From contig OZ024742.1 in assembly GCA_964016885.1 (NCBI GenBank), forward strand, positions 315,890,001-315,954,000: a stretch of DNA of 64,000 nucleotides, read 5' to 3'. Position numbers and translations under genes: made by a program. The stretch is from Eledone cirrhosa (taxonomy: Eukaryota). The first letter of the stretch is position 1; each line of letters begins with the position of its first letter. Positions 36,001 to 48,220 of this stretch are shown piece after piece. The notes beneath the pieces were generated by a model. That model saw only the letters and a list, made by a program, of their open reading frames with translations, was not told the DNA's origin and ran no database searches.

Positions 36001-39000
36001 TGGCCACAATCACCACCTCTGGAAACATTACTATATACAGTACCTGGCCACAATCACCACCACTGGAAACATTACTATATAAAGTACCTGGCCACAATCA
36101 CCACCACTGGAAACATTACTATATACAGTACCTGGCCACAATCACCACCTCTGGAAACATTACAATATACAGTACCTGGCCACAATCACCACCTCTGGAA
36201 ACATTACTATATACAGTACCTGGCCACAATCACCACCACTGGAAACATTACTATATACAGTACCTGGCCACAATCACCAACACTGGAAACATTACTATAT
36301 ACACTACCTGGCCACAATCACCACCACTGGAAACATTACTATATACAGTACCTGGCCACAATCACCACCACCGGAAACATTACTATATACAGTACCTGCC
36401 CACAATCACCACCACTGGAAACATTACTATATACACTACCTGGCCACAATCACGACCACTGGAAACATTACTATATACACTACCTGGCCACAATCACCAC
36501 CACTGGAAACATTACTATATACACTACCTGGCCACTATCACCACCTCTGGAAACATTACTATATACACTACCTGGCCACAATCACCACCTCTCGAAACAT
36601 TACTATATACACTATCTGGCCACAATCACGACCACTGGAAACATTACTATATACAGTACCTGGCCACAATCACCACCACTGGAAACATTACTATATACAC
36701 TACCTGGCCACAATCACGACCACTGGAAACATTACTATATACAGTACCTGGCCACAATCACCACCTCTGGAAACATTACTATATACACTACCTGGCCACA
36801 ATCACCACCTCTGGAAACATTACTATATACACTACCTGGCCACAATCACCACCTCTGGAAACATTACTATATACACTACCTGGCCACAATCACCACCACT
36901 GGAAACATTACTATATACACTACCTGGCCACTATCACCACCACTGGAAACATTACTATATACAGTAGCTGGCCACAATCACGACCACTGGAAACATTACT
37001 ATATACACTACCTGGCCGCAATCACCACCACTGGAAACATTACTATATACACTACCTGGCCACAATCACACCTCTGGAAACATTACTATATACACTACCT
37101 GGCCACAATCACCACCACTGGAAACATGACTATATACACTACCTGGCCACAATCAGCACCTCTGGAAACATTACTATATACAGTACCTGCCCACAATCAC
37201 CACCACTGGAAACATTACTATATACACTACCTGGCCACAATCACCACCCCTGGAAACATTACTATATACACTACCTGGCCACAATCACCACCCCTGGAAA
37301 CATTACTATATACAGTACCTGGCCACAATCACCACCTCTGGAAACATTACTATATACACTACCTGGCCACAATCACCACCACTAGAAACATTACTATATA
37401 CACTACCTGGCCACAATCACCACCACTGGAAACATTACTATATACACTACCTGGCCACAATCACCACCTCTGGAAATATTACTATATACACTACCTGGCC
37501 ACAATCACCACCTCTGGAAACATTACTATATACACTACCTGGCCACAATCACCACCACTGGAAACATTACTATATACAGTACCTGGCCACAATCACCACC
37601 TCTGGAAACATTACTATATACAGTACCTGGCCACAATCACCACCACTGGAAACATTACTATATAAAGTACCTGGCCACAATCACCACCTCTGGAAACATT
37701 ACTATATACAGTACCTGGCCACAATCACCACCACTGGAAACATTACTATATACAGTACCTGGCCACAATCACCACCTCTGGAAACATTACTATATACAGT
37801 ACCTGGCCACAATCACCACCTCTGGAAACATTACTATATACAGTACCTGGCCACAATCACCACCACTGGAAACATTACTATATACAGTACCTGGCCACAA
37901 TCACCACCACTGGAAACATTACTATATACACTACCTGGCCTCAATCACCACCTCTGGAAACATTACTATATACACTACCTGGCCACAATCACCACCTCTG
38001 GAAACATTACTATATACAGTACCTGGCCACAATCACCACCACTGGAAACATTACTATATACACTACCTGGCCACAATCACCACCTCTGGAAACATTACTA
38101 TATACACTACCTGGCCACAATCACCACCTCTGGAAACATTACTATATACACTACCTGGCCACAATCACCAACACTGGAAACATTACTATATACACTACCT
38201 GGCCACAATCACCACCACTGGAAACATTACTATATACAGTACCTGGCCACAATCACCACCACCGGAAACATTACTATATACGGTACCTGCCCACAATCAC
38301 CACCACTGGAAACATTACTATATACACTACCTGGCCACAATCACCACCACTGGAAACATTACTATATACAGTACCTGGCCACAATTACCACCTCTGGAAA
38401 CATTACTATATACACTACCTGGCCACAATCACCACCTCTGGAAACATTACTATATACACTACCTGGCCACAATCACCACCACTGGAAACATTACTATATA
38501 CACTACCTGGCCACAATCACCACCACTGGAAACATTACTATATACACTACCTGGCCACAATCACCACCACTGGAAACATTACTATATACACTACCTGGCC
38601 ACTATCACCACCACTGGAAACATTACTATATACAGTAGCTGGCCACAATCACGACCACTGGAAACATTACTATATACACTACCTGGCCGCAATCACCACC
38701 ACTGGAAACATTACTATATACACTACCTGGCCACAATCACACCTCTGGAAACATTACTATATACACTACCTGGTCACAATCACCACCACTGGAAACATGA
38801 CTATATACACTACCTGGCCACAATCAGCACCTCTGGAAACATTACTATATACAGTACCTGCCCACAATCACCACCACTGGAAACATTACTATATACACTA
38901 CCTGGCCACAATCACCACCCCTGGAAACATTACTATATACACTACCTGTCCACAATCACGACCACTGGAAACATTACTATATACACTAACTGGCCACAAT

Positions 39001-42000
39001 CACCACCCCTGGAAACATTACTATATACACTACCTGGCCACAATCACCACCTCTGGAAACATTACTATATACACTACCTGGCCACAATCACCACCACTAG
39101 AAACATTACTATATACAGTACCTGGCCACAATCACCACCACTGGAAACATTACTATATACACTACCTGGCCACAATCACCACCTCTGGAAATATTACTAT
39201 ATACACTACCTGGCCACAATCACCACCTCTGGAAACATTACTATATACACTACCTGGCCACTATCACCACCACTGGAAACATTACTATATACAGTACCTG
39301 GCCACAATCACCACCTCTGGAAACATTACTATATACACTACCTGGCCACAATCACCACCACTGGAAACATTACTATATACAGTACCTGGCCACAATCACC
39401 ACCACTGGAAACATTACTATATAAAGTACCTGGCCACAATCACCACCTCTGGAAACATTACTATATACAGTACCTGGCCACAATCACCACCACTGGAAAC
39501 ATTACTATATACAGTACCTGGCCACAATCACCACCTCTGGAAACATTACTATATACAGTACCCTGCCACAATCACCACCTCTGGAAACATTACTATATAC
39601 AGTACCTGGCCACAATCACCACCACTGGAAACATTACTATATACAGTACCTGGCCACAATCACCACCACTGGAAACATTACTATATACACTACCTGGCCA
39701 CAATCACCACCTCTGGAAACATTACTATATACACTACCTGGCCACAATCACCACCTCTGGAAACATTACTATATACAGTACCTGGCCACAATCACCACCA
39801 CTGGAAACATTACTATATACAGTACCTGGCCACAATCACCACCTCTGGAAACATTACTATATACACTACCTGGCCACAATCACCACCACTAGAAACATTA
39901 CTATATACAGTACCTGGCCACAATCACCACCACTGGAAACATTACTATATACACTACCTGGCCACAATCACCACCTCTGGAAATATTACTATATACACTA
40001 CCTGGCCACAATCACCACCTCTGGAAACATTACTATATACACTACCTGGCCACAATCACCACCACTGGAAACATTACTATATACAGTACCTGGCCACAAT
40101 CACCACCTCTGGAAACATTACTATATACACTACCTGGCCACAATCACCACCACTGGAAACATTACTATATACAGTACCTGGCCACAATCACCACCACTGG
40201 AAACATTACTATATAACTACCTGGCCACAATCACCACCTCTGGAAACATTACTATATACAGTACCTGGCCACAATCACCACCACTGGAAACATTACTATA
40301 TACAGTACCTGGCCACAATCACCACCTCTGGAAACATTACTATATACAGTACCCTGCCACAATCACCACCTCTGGAAACATTACTATATACAGTACCTGG
40401 CCACAATCACCACCACTGGAAACATTACTATATACACTACCTGGCCACAATCACCACCACTGGAAACATTACTATATACACTACCTGGCCACAATCACCA
40501 CCTCTGGAAACATTACTATATACACTACCTGACCACAATCACCACCTCTGGAAACATTACTATATACAGTACCTGGCCACAATCACCACCACTGGAAACA
40601 TTACTATATACACTACCTGGCCACAATCACCACCTCTGGAAACATTACTATATACACTACCTGGCCACAATCACCACCTCTGGAAACATTACTATATACA
40701 CTACCTGGCCACAATCACCAACACTGGAAACATTACTATATACACTACCTGGCCACAATCACCACCACTGGAAACATTACTATATACAGTACCTGGCCAC
40801 AATCACCACCACCGGAAACATTACTATATACGGTACCTGCCCACAATCACCACCACTGGAAACATTACTATATACACTACCTGGCCACAATCACGACCAC
40901 TGGAAACATTACTATATACAGTACCTGGCCACAATCACCACCTCTGGAAACATTACTATATACACTACCTGGCCACAATCACCACCTCTGGAAACATTAC
41001 TATATACACTACCTGGCCACAATCACCACCACTGGAAACATTACTATATACACTACCTGGCCACAATCACCACCACTGGAAACATTACTATATACACTAC
41101 CTGGCCACTATCACCACCACTGGAAACATTACTATATACAGTAGCTGGCCACAATCACGACCACTGGAAACATTACTATATACACTACCTGGCCGCAATC
41201 ACCACCACTGGAAACATTACTATATACACTACCTGGCCACAATCACACCTCTGGAAACATTACTATATACACTACCTGGCCACAATCACCACCACTGGAA
41301 ACATGACTATATACACTACCTGGCCACAATCAGCACCTCTGGAAACATTACTATATACAGTACCTGCCCACAATCACCACCACTGGAAACATTACTATAT
41401 ACACTACCTGGCCACAATCACCACCCCTGGAAACATTACTATATACACTACCTGGCCACAATCACGACCACTGGAAACATTACTATACACACTACCTGGC
41501 CACAATCACCACCCCTGGAAACATTACTATATACAGTACCTGGCCACAATCACCACCTCTGGAAACATTACTATATACAGTACCTGGCCACAATCACCAC
41601 CACTGGAAACATTACTATATACAGTACCTGGCCACAATCACCACCTCTGGAAACATTACTATATACAGTACCTGGCCACAATCACCACCACTGGAAACAT
41701 TACTATATACACTACCTGGCCACAATCACCACCACTGGAAACATTACTATATACAGTACCTGGCCACAATCACCACCACTGGAAACATTACTATATACGC
41801 TACCTGGCCACAATCACGACCACTGGAAACATTACTATATACAGTACCTGGCCACAATCACCACCTCTGGAAACATTACTATATACACTACCTGGCCACA
41901 ATCACCACCTCTGGAAACATTACTATATACACTACCTGGCCACAATCACCACCACTGGAAACATTACTATATACACTACCTGGCCACAATCACCACCACT

Positions 42001-42861
42001 GGAAACATTACTATATACACTACCTGGCCACTATCACCACCACTGGAAACATTACTATATACAGTAGCTGGCCACAATCACGACCACTGGAAACATTACT
42101 ATATACACTACCTGGCCGCAATCACCACCACTGGAAACATTACTATATACACTACCTGGCCACAATCACACCTCTGGAAACATTACTATATACACTACCT
42201 GGCCACAATCACCACCACTGGAAACATGACTATATACACTACCTGGCCACAATCAGCACCTCTGGAAACATTACTATATACAGTACCTGCCCACAATCAC
42301 CACCACTGGAAACATTACTATATACACTACCTGGCCACAATCACCACCCCTGGAAACATTACTATATACACTACCTGGCCACAATCACGACCACTGGAAA
42401 CATTACTATACACACTACCTGGCCACAATCACCACCCCTGGAAACATTACTATATACAGTACCTGGCCACAATCACCACCTCTGGAAACATTACTATATA
42501 CACTACCTGGCCACAATCACCACCTCTGGAAACATTACTATATACACTACCTGGCCACAATCACCACCACTGGAAACATTACTATATACACTACCTGGCC
42601 ACAATCACCACCACTGAAAACATTACTATATACACTACCTGGCCACTATCACCACCACTGGAAACATTACTATATACAGTAGCTGGCCACAATCACGACC
42701 ACTGGAAACATTACTATATACACTACCTGGCCGCAATCACCACCACTGGAAACATTACTATATACACTACCTGGCCACAATCACACCTCTGGAAACATTA
42801 CTATATACACTACCTGACCACAATCACCACCACTGGAAACATTACTATATACACTACCTGG
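1..42861. repeat. 44-bp tandem satellite array, consensus ACTACCTGGCCACAATCACCACCACTGGAAACATTACTATATAC, about 970 copies, open at the left edge
   Basis: The monomer repeats head-to-tail without spacers from base 1 to ...ACACTACCTGG at 42861. Common variants are CACTAC/CAGTAC and CCACTGG/CCTCTGG, with rare 38-47 bp indel monomers. Confidence 0.99.
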
Positions 42862-43101
42862 ATTTACAAAATAAATAAATATGAAATTTGGATTAGAAAA
42901 TTGCACCATGGCAAAACCGAAGAGGGAAAACTAGTTAAAAATATTAATATCACGCTAGATATAGAAACAGTTGTAACAGAATTAGATCATACATATACTT
43001 ACACATACTTTGAAATCAATGAAATAGACATTGTACAAAACACACAAATGAAAGAAAGCTTAAAATGGAATACTATAGATGCATTAGATTACTACTACTA
43101 A

Positions 43102-43387
43102 AAGAAATTTTAAACTCTGTCTTAAGCCAGAAGGCTCATTTGGCCGGTGCTTATCCCGGTTTCATGGCGTGAAGCCACTAAGAGTACCAGACTCCCCCTG
43201 GAAAAGACGCCAGTCCATCGCATGGTTAAACCCTCATATATTGCTGGTACTCATTTTCAGCTGAGTATATTGGAGCAACGTGAAATGAAGTGTTTTGCTC
43301 AAGAACACAAGACGTAACCCAGGAATCGAACCCATGGCATTTTGATCGTAAGTCGAACACCCTTACCACTAGACCACGTGTCTCCAC
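43102..43387 (-). mobile_element. tRNA-derived SINE inserted into the R4-like remnant
   Basis: The minus strand has box A TGGTCTAGTGG and box B GGTTCGATTCC, then a GTGTTCTTGAGCAAAACACTT core. It is flanked by the direct repeat TAGATTACTACTA (43085-43097 and 43388-43400), a likely target-site duplication, and the R4-like frame resumes after it. Confidence 0.85.
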
Positions 43388-43850
43388 TAGATTACTACTA
43401 AAGACATAACTAAATAAGGTAAAAGGCATTAATATTTTAGCTGTCCCTGTAACAATCAACAGTTTTAATATTCTTAAGAGGAAAATAAACAATCTTGTTG
43501 AGGCAAAAGCAAAACAAACAAACAAAAACATAATGACTGCATCTAGAACACAGTACCCAGAATCAGATATAGAGAGATTATTCTTACCACAAACACAGTT
43601 GGGGTAGGGACCTTATGCAACTAGTAAACTATTACAAAATATCCACGCATAGAGCCGGAACACTACAGCCGAATACTACAAAAGTATACACGCTGAAGAA
43701 TAATGCAGATCTAACACAAATAGCTTCAAAACATGAACAAAGCAAACAATTGATTTCTGTCCCCAAGGAAGCCAGCATGTACAAAATAAAAGAAACTGAA
43801 TTGAGAGATAGCTATGACGAAAATGTTGACAAATATATATATATATATAT

Positions 43851-43983
43851 ATAGGAAAAAGTATGACCCCGACGGCAGAGCTCAAGCCGTTTCGACGGCT
43901 ATACTTTTTCCTATTACCCACTCTACTACCCTAAGTATTGAGTACTCTGGTGCGTTATGGTACATCTTACCACAATTCCTTCG

Positions 43984-43984
<1 letters not shown>
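43851..43984 (+). mobile_element. 134-bp miniature insertion of a PLE subfamily related to the 54821-59181 element: inverted end + direct end + tail in (TA)n
   Basis: 43851-43900 closely matches 54821-54870, 43901-43914 is the reverse complement of 43851-43864, and 43915-43984 closely matches the tail 59105-59181. (TA)n lies on both sides. Confidence 0.9.
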
Positions 43985-44035
<51 letters not shown>

Positions 44036-44570
44036 AACAAAAACGGTGAGAAAGCTAAATTTTAAATTGAAAACAGTTATCCATAACGCCACGCTAAAAC
44101 AATGGCAAAAAAAACAAAAAAACAGAAAGACAAAGCAACCTTACTCTGGGATATGCCAATACACACAGACTGAGTATCTTTCGACTACAATCGACTAGAT
44201 ATTGTAGTCAAAGACCACAAAGGAACTAAATGCTGTTTAATTGACGTATCAGGCCCGAACAGATGACAATATAGCCCTTAAAAAAATAGAGAAATTATCC
44301 AAATATAAAGATTTAGGGACAGAATAAACCCAAATGTGGATGATGAAGCCAGAAACAATCTTTATAAGAGAGGCTCTGGGAATAATAAAAAGTGACAGAC
44401 AGACGGATACACAACTCAAAGCACAAAACAGAAATACACACTACTAGGTACTCTATACGTATTACGAAGAGTAACAACAACAATAAATACAATGACGCAC
44501 ACCTCTATGGCGCACAGAGTTGTGCCCGATAATGCTGTGACAACACCCAATGAAATTAAGACTAATGGTA

Positions 44571-44812
44571 ATAATTGTTTCTACTTTTGGCACAAGGCCA
44601 GCAATTATCCCAGTGCATTACTGGTACTATATTTTATCGACCCCGTAAGGATGAAAGGCAAAGTTATCCTCATCGGGATTTGAACTCAGTCTGTAAAGGG
44701 ACGTAACTATGCTAGAAAGCATGGCGTCCGACTCTCTACCGATACTGCCGGAAGAAATAATACAAAGCATTTTGCCCGACGCTTTAACCATTCTGCTAAT
44801 TCAACGCCTTTA
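44571..44812 (-). mobile_element. Nin-domain-type tRNA SINE (composite, degenerate)
   Basis: The minus strand reads GAGTTCAAATCCC..ACTTTGCCTTTCATCCTTACGGGGTCGATAAAAT..GTACCAGT..GGCCTTGTGCC. The same core recurs near 49075, 50279 and 63781, and a further fragment lies at about 44865-44940. Confidence 0.8.
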
Positions 44813-45129
44813 ATAGTGCTTTCTTTATTTTTATTTATTTATTATTTATCTATTTATTTTTTGGGCTCAAGGCCAGCCATTTACTGTTGAGGTCGTTGAC
44901 CTCAATATTTTATCGATCTCTGTCAAGATGAAAGGTAAATAACAGTAACATTAATAGTAATAGCAAGAAAGTAATATATTTAGTGGTTGAAAATAGAAGA
45001 AATATGATCCTTAATAAAGCAAAGATAAACATACGTGAGGGAAAATACATGAAATATCTTTTTTATTCGTTTGACTTGGAGGAAAAGGATTGTAAACGTG
45101 ACTTTTAGAGCCCCTCCGAGACCGGTAAG

Positions 45130-45400
45130 ACCTTTTAAACAGTTGCAAATCTACCACTACAGGAAAGATATATTTTGGAAAGGAATTCGATGGGTAAAGA
45201 AAGGATTGGATGTAATGGCCTGTGGAATAGAAGAGATGAATGATCTAAATGTGCTTCATTAAGACGGGGATGAGATCAGCTAGATCTGAGAAGCAGATCT
45301 TTGAGATTTAGTCTTTGTTTTGTGAATTCACTGGAACAATTGTTCAGTGATTGCGTGACCTAGCATTTGTAGTTATCGTGGTAACCTCTAATGAATAGAA
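45130..45400 (-). mobile_element. Highly decayed 3' end of a LINE (CR1/L2-group-like)
   Basis: The minus-strand translation STGHYIQSFLYP..NSFPKYIFPVVVDLQLFK resembles the SFFPR..WNxLP..FP...LxxFK C-terminal motif of these LINEs. Confidence 0.45.
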
Positions 45401-46014
45401 CAAAATAGGGGTTTGCAAAAATATGAGTATACAATAGAAATATTTAAAAATAACTCCCTTTTTTTTCATTCAAGGGTAATTAGGTGGATGTTTAAATATT
45501 CTGAATCTTTTCGGGGAAGTCTATAAAATAAATAGCAGTCCAAGGCGGTGGATTGCTAGAATTGCTAAAGCATCAAACGATATGTTTTGCAATGTTTGTT
45601 CAGGAAAAAAAAAACCCAAAACATCTTCAAAATATATGGTAACAGGATCTAGAGGATGGGGTCTTAGTACAAGACGTGATTGTTTCTAGCTATTAAGTCT
45701 TAGCCTGGAAACTGACAAGGCTGATTCGAGACCTTCAGGCAGTGGCTTAACTTAAATAGATGTGCATACACTAGAACATGCTTTGATACATCAACAAGGA
45801 GTTAAAGGGAAAATCGTGGATGTTATCTCCAATCAGCATTATCATCAACTAAAAATATCTGCTGATAGATAATTTAATAGATCAGACGAATGCAGATTCT
45901 CCAAAAAATGGGTGACTGAATACGCATGTGATTTTTCTCTAAAACATTTTTTCCTTTCCTTCCACTTCTTTCTCCCCCTCTATCTTTCTAATTCATCTTT
46001 TATTTCTCATTCTA

Positions 46015-46050
46015 TCTTCTGGTGAAAGACTAGTGTCCAAAACGTAAAGA
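46015..46050 (+). ncRNA. Degenerate minimal type I hammerhead ribozyme (PLE pLTR remnant)
   Basis: TCTT-CTGGTGA-AAGAC TAGT GTCC-AAAA-CG-TA-AAGA. Stems I (TCTT/AAGA) and II (GAC/GTC) are kept but both core boxes are mutated. A short tail and (TA)n follow. Confidence 0.5.
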
Positions 46051-46105
46051 CACTTTTCCTACTATATCAAGCGTTGTTGTTTATGTTTGCTTTTTGCACC
46101 CCCTC

Positions 46106-46145
<40 letters not shown>

Positions 46146-46147
<2 letters not shown>

Positions 46148-46500
46148 TAGGGTTATTATTGCCGGACTCGGAGTAGGCTTGAGAATCTCTTCTCTAGTAA
46201 ACGACCCAACATGATTTGTGTCTCATATAGCATCTGACAACAGAAGCCAAGATACAGAGATGTTTGTAACTGACAAGGAGAAGAGGAAACGGTGGGTTAC
46301 TGGCATCTTAAAACCAGCTTTTCCGGGTAGGCAGAACTCATAATCTTGGATAACATCTGCCTAGGAGAAAAGTCACTCTGAATTAAAAACCGGGGTAGAT
46401 GGGACACTTTAGTCATGATTATGACAATCCATCTGTACGAGGGAACTCAGAAAATCAGCCTATTTTGTGTCAGGCTGCACATTATATCCACCGCGAGTGA
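46146..46500 (+). mobile_element. Decayed RTE-like 5' UTR fragment
   Basis: Contains CTAGGAGAAAAGTCACTCTGAATTAAAAACC, similar to CTAGGAGAAGGAAAACTCTGATATAACACC in the RTE-derived element at 53321. Boundaries are uncertain. Confidence 0.4.
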
Positions 46501-46904
46501 AGGACTCTGAGTTACTGTTACTGAATTCTTCTAAGAGAAGAAAACTTTGAAGTGAGGTCTGTGGTTTACATGATAACTGACCATCTTGCTTATGCATGCC
46601 ATCGGATAATAATTACTGAGGCTTACAGAGGGGTACTCGTGTTGACAAGCGTTTGTCACTATAATCCATTACGTATAGATGTCTCTTTTGCAATCTTCTC
46701 ATCTGTCCTATTTTTAGAGCCGATGCTAGCCAGAACTCTGAATTCTTGGCACCATAAAGACATTGGGTTCATAGCTGCAGCTATTGAGGTGTTACGCGAA
46801 TTTGCGCCAATGAAATACCATTACGTCCGTAGATTTGTCCTCTCAGGTGATGTTGTATAGGTGGGAGCAGTCCCGGCTTCCTAGTCACCTGTGCTGATGT
46901 GTAC

Positions 46905-47273
<369 letters not shown>

Positions 47274-47286
47274 ACACCCCCCCCCC

Positions 47287-47331
<45 letters not shown>

Positions 47332-47446
47332 GAATATTCAGTTAATCTGAGAGACAATAGAAAAATTTGAAATTTGAAATGCAGTCGTCCCAACTTAAAA
47401 ACTATAACAATAATCGATCACCCAAAATACCTCTGGGGACGGAAAA

Positions 47447-47515
47447 AAGTGGGGAATCGAACTTCGTATCTTTCGGATGCTTGACGACTGCATGAACCCT
47501 TTTACTAAGAGGTCC
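47447..47515 (-). mobile_element. Degenerate tRNA-like / SINE head
   Basis: Minus strand ..TAGTAAAAGGGTTCATGCAGTCGTCAAGCATCCGAAAGATACGAAGTTCGATTCCCC has a box B at tRNA-like spacing but no clean cloverleaf. Confidence 0.35.
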
Positions 47516-47739
47516 CTGGCTACCAAATACTGTATTTTAGTTTCTAAGCCTGTAGCTAGATGTGTGAACATCCAGTTGATTTAACAAACATTGAGAAAAT
47601 TTGAAATATGAAGTAGCCCTTCACTTTTTCCGTCTCCAGGGTAGTTTCACCCCATTTTCTAAACTCCTTATATAAATCGATCTGTGTTCTTTTCATAAGG
47701 ACGACGATAATTCAAATGCACACAATGTTTCTTAAGACA

Positions 47740-48220
47740 ACTGGATTAGGAGGATCAATGAACAGTCTTGGCCACAGCCTGTGTTATCATAAATCTTTCT
47801 AATGATTACGTCAAGAATACACGTGTCTGTTGAATATTCAGTTATTAGCACGTTAATTTAGCGAGTAGGCCTATCTGCCGACGAAACAAATGAAAATACA
47901 ATTGTCAAAACCGACGGAAGACCATTTATTTGACTATTTTATGTAGACCACTATAATGAATAAAAGGCAAAGTTATTTTTGTTGGTGTTGTTTAACCTAG
48001 ATTATTTCAAATCGAACCGTTCTATGGAACAATCTCGGAGCATAATCTATAGAGCAATGTCCTAATATGACACATAAATCAATCTTCCCAGTTATACCAC
48101 GTCTCTACCTAGCTGAGACTCACACTAAATTCTCTTACATGCAATGATGCAATGACAAGTAGGCATTTCCGTTGACCGAACAATTAGAACACCCATCGTC
48201 GAAACCAACGGATGCCCACT
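47740..48220 (+). repeat. Two decayed copies of a short interspersed repeat (about 47740-47925 and 48080-48220)
   Basis: Both end in related sequence, TAGGC..C(T)G(C/T)(C/T)GAC..GTC(A/G)AAACC(G/A)ACGGA..CCA, and both contain ACACGTGTCT/CCACGTCTCT upstream. Confidence 0.45.

Larger units (their letters stand above)
42862..44510 (+). mobile_element. Decayed non-LTR retrotransposon with restriction-like endonuclease (R4/Dong-like): end of RT through RLE, interrupted by a SINE and a PLE mini-insertion
   Basis: Frameshifted translations NMKFGLENC..GKLVKNINITLD..TYTYFEINE, KGINILAVP, SDIERLFLP..LMQL and LLWDMPIHTD..NRLDIVVKDHKGTKCCLIDVS..KLSKYKDL match the MxFGLxKC, RLYLPRxxGGRGL and RPD..D..EK..KY motifs of this group. 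Many stops are present. Confidence 0.8.

Noticed and set aside
1-42861. CRISPR array
   Set aside because: Monomers are contiguous with no unique spacers, there are no cas genes, and the context is eukaryotic.
1-42861. Telomeric repeat or ribozyme-containing satellite
   Set aside because: No TTAGGG-type unit. The monomer has GAAAC but no CTGANGA-type box on either strand.
731-43101. Long ORFs (up to 1434 aa) as protein-coding genes
   Set aside because: The same peptide appears in all three frames, starts and stops come from sporadic monomer variants, and there is no codon-position bias. Kept only as a low-probability finding.
43310-43387. Functional tRNA gene
   Set aside because: The A/B boxes run into a SINE body flanked by a target-site duplication, and there is no complete acceptor stem.
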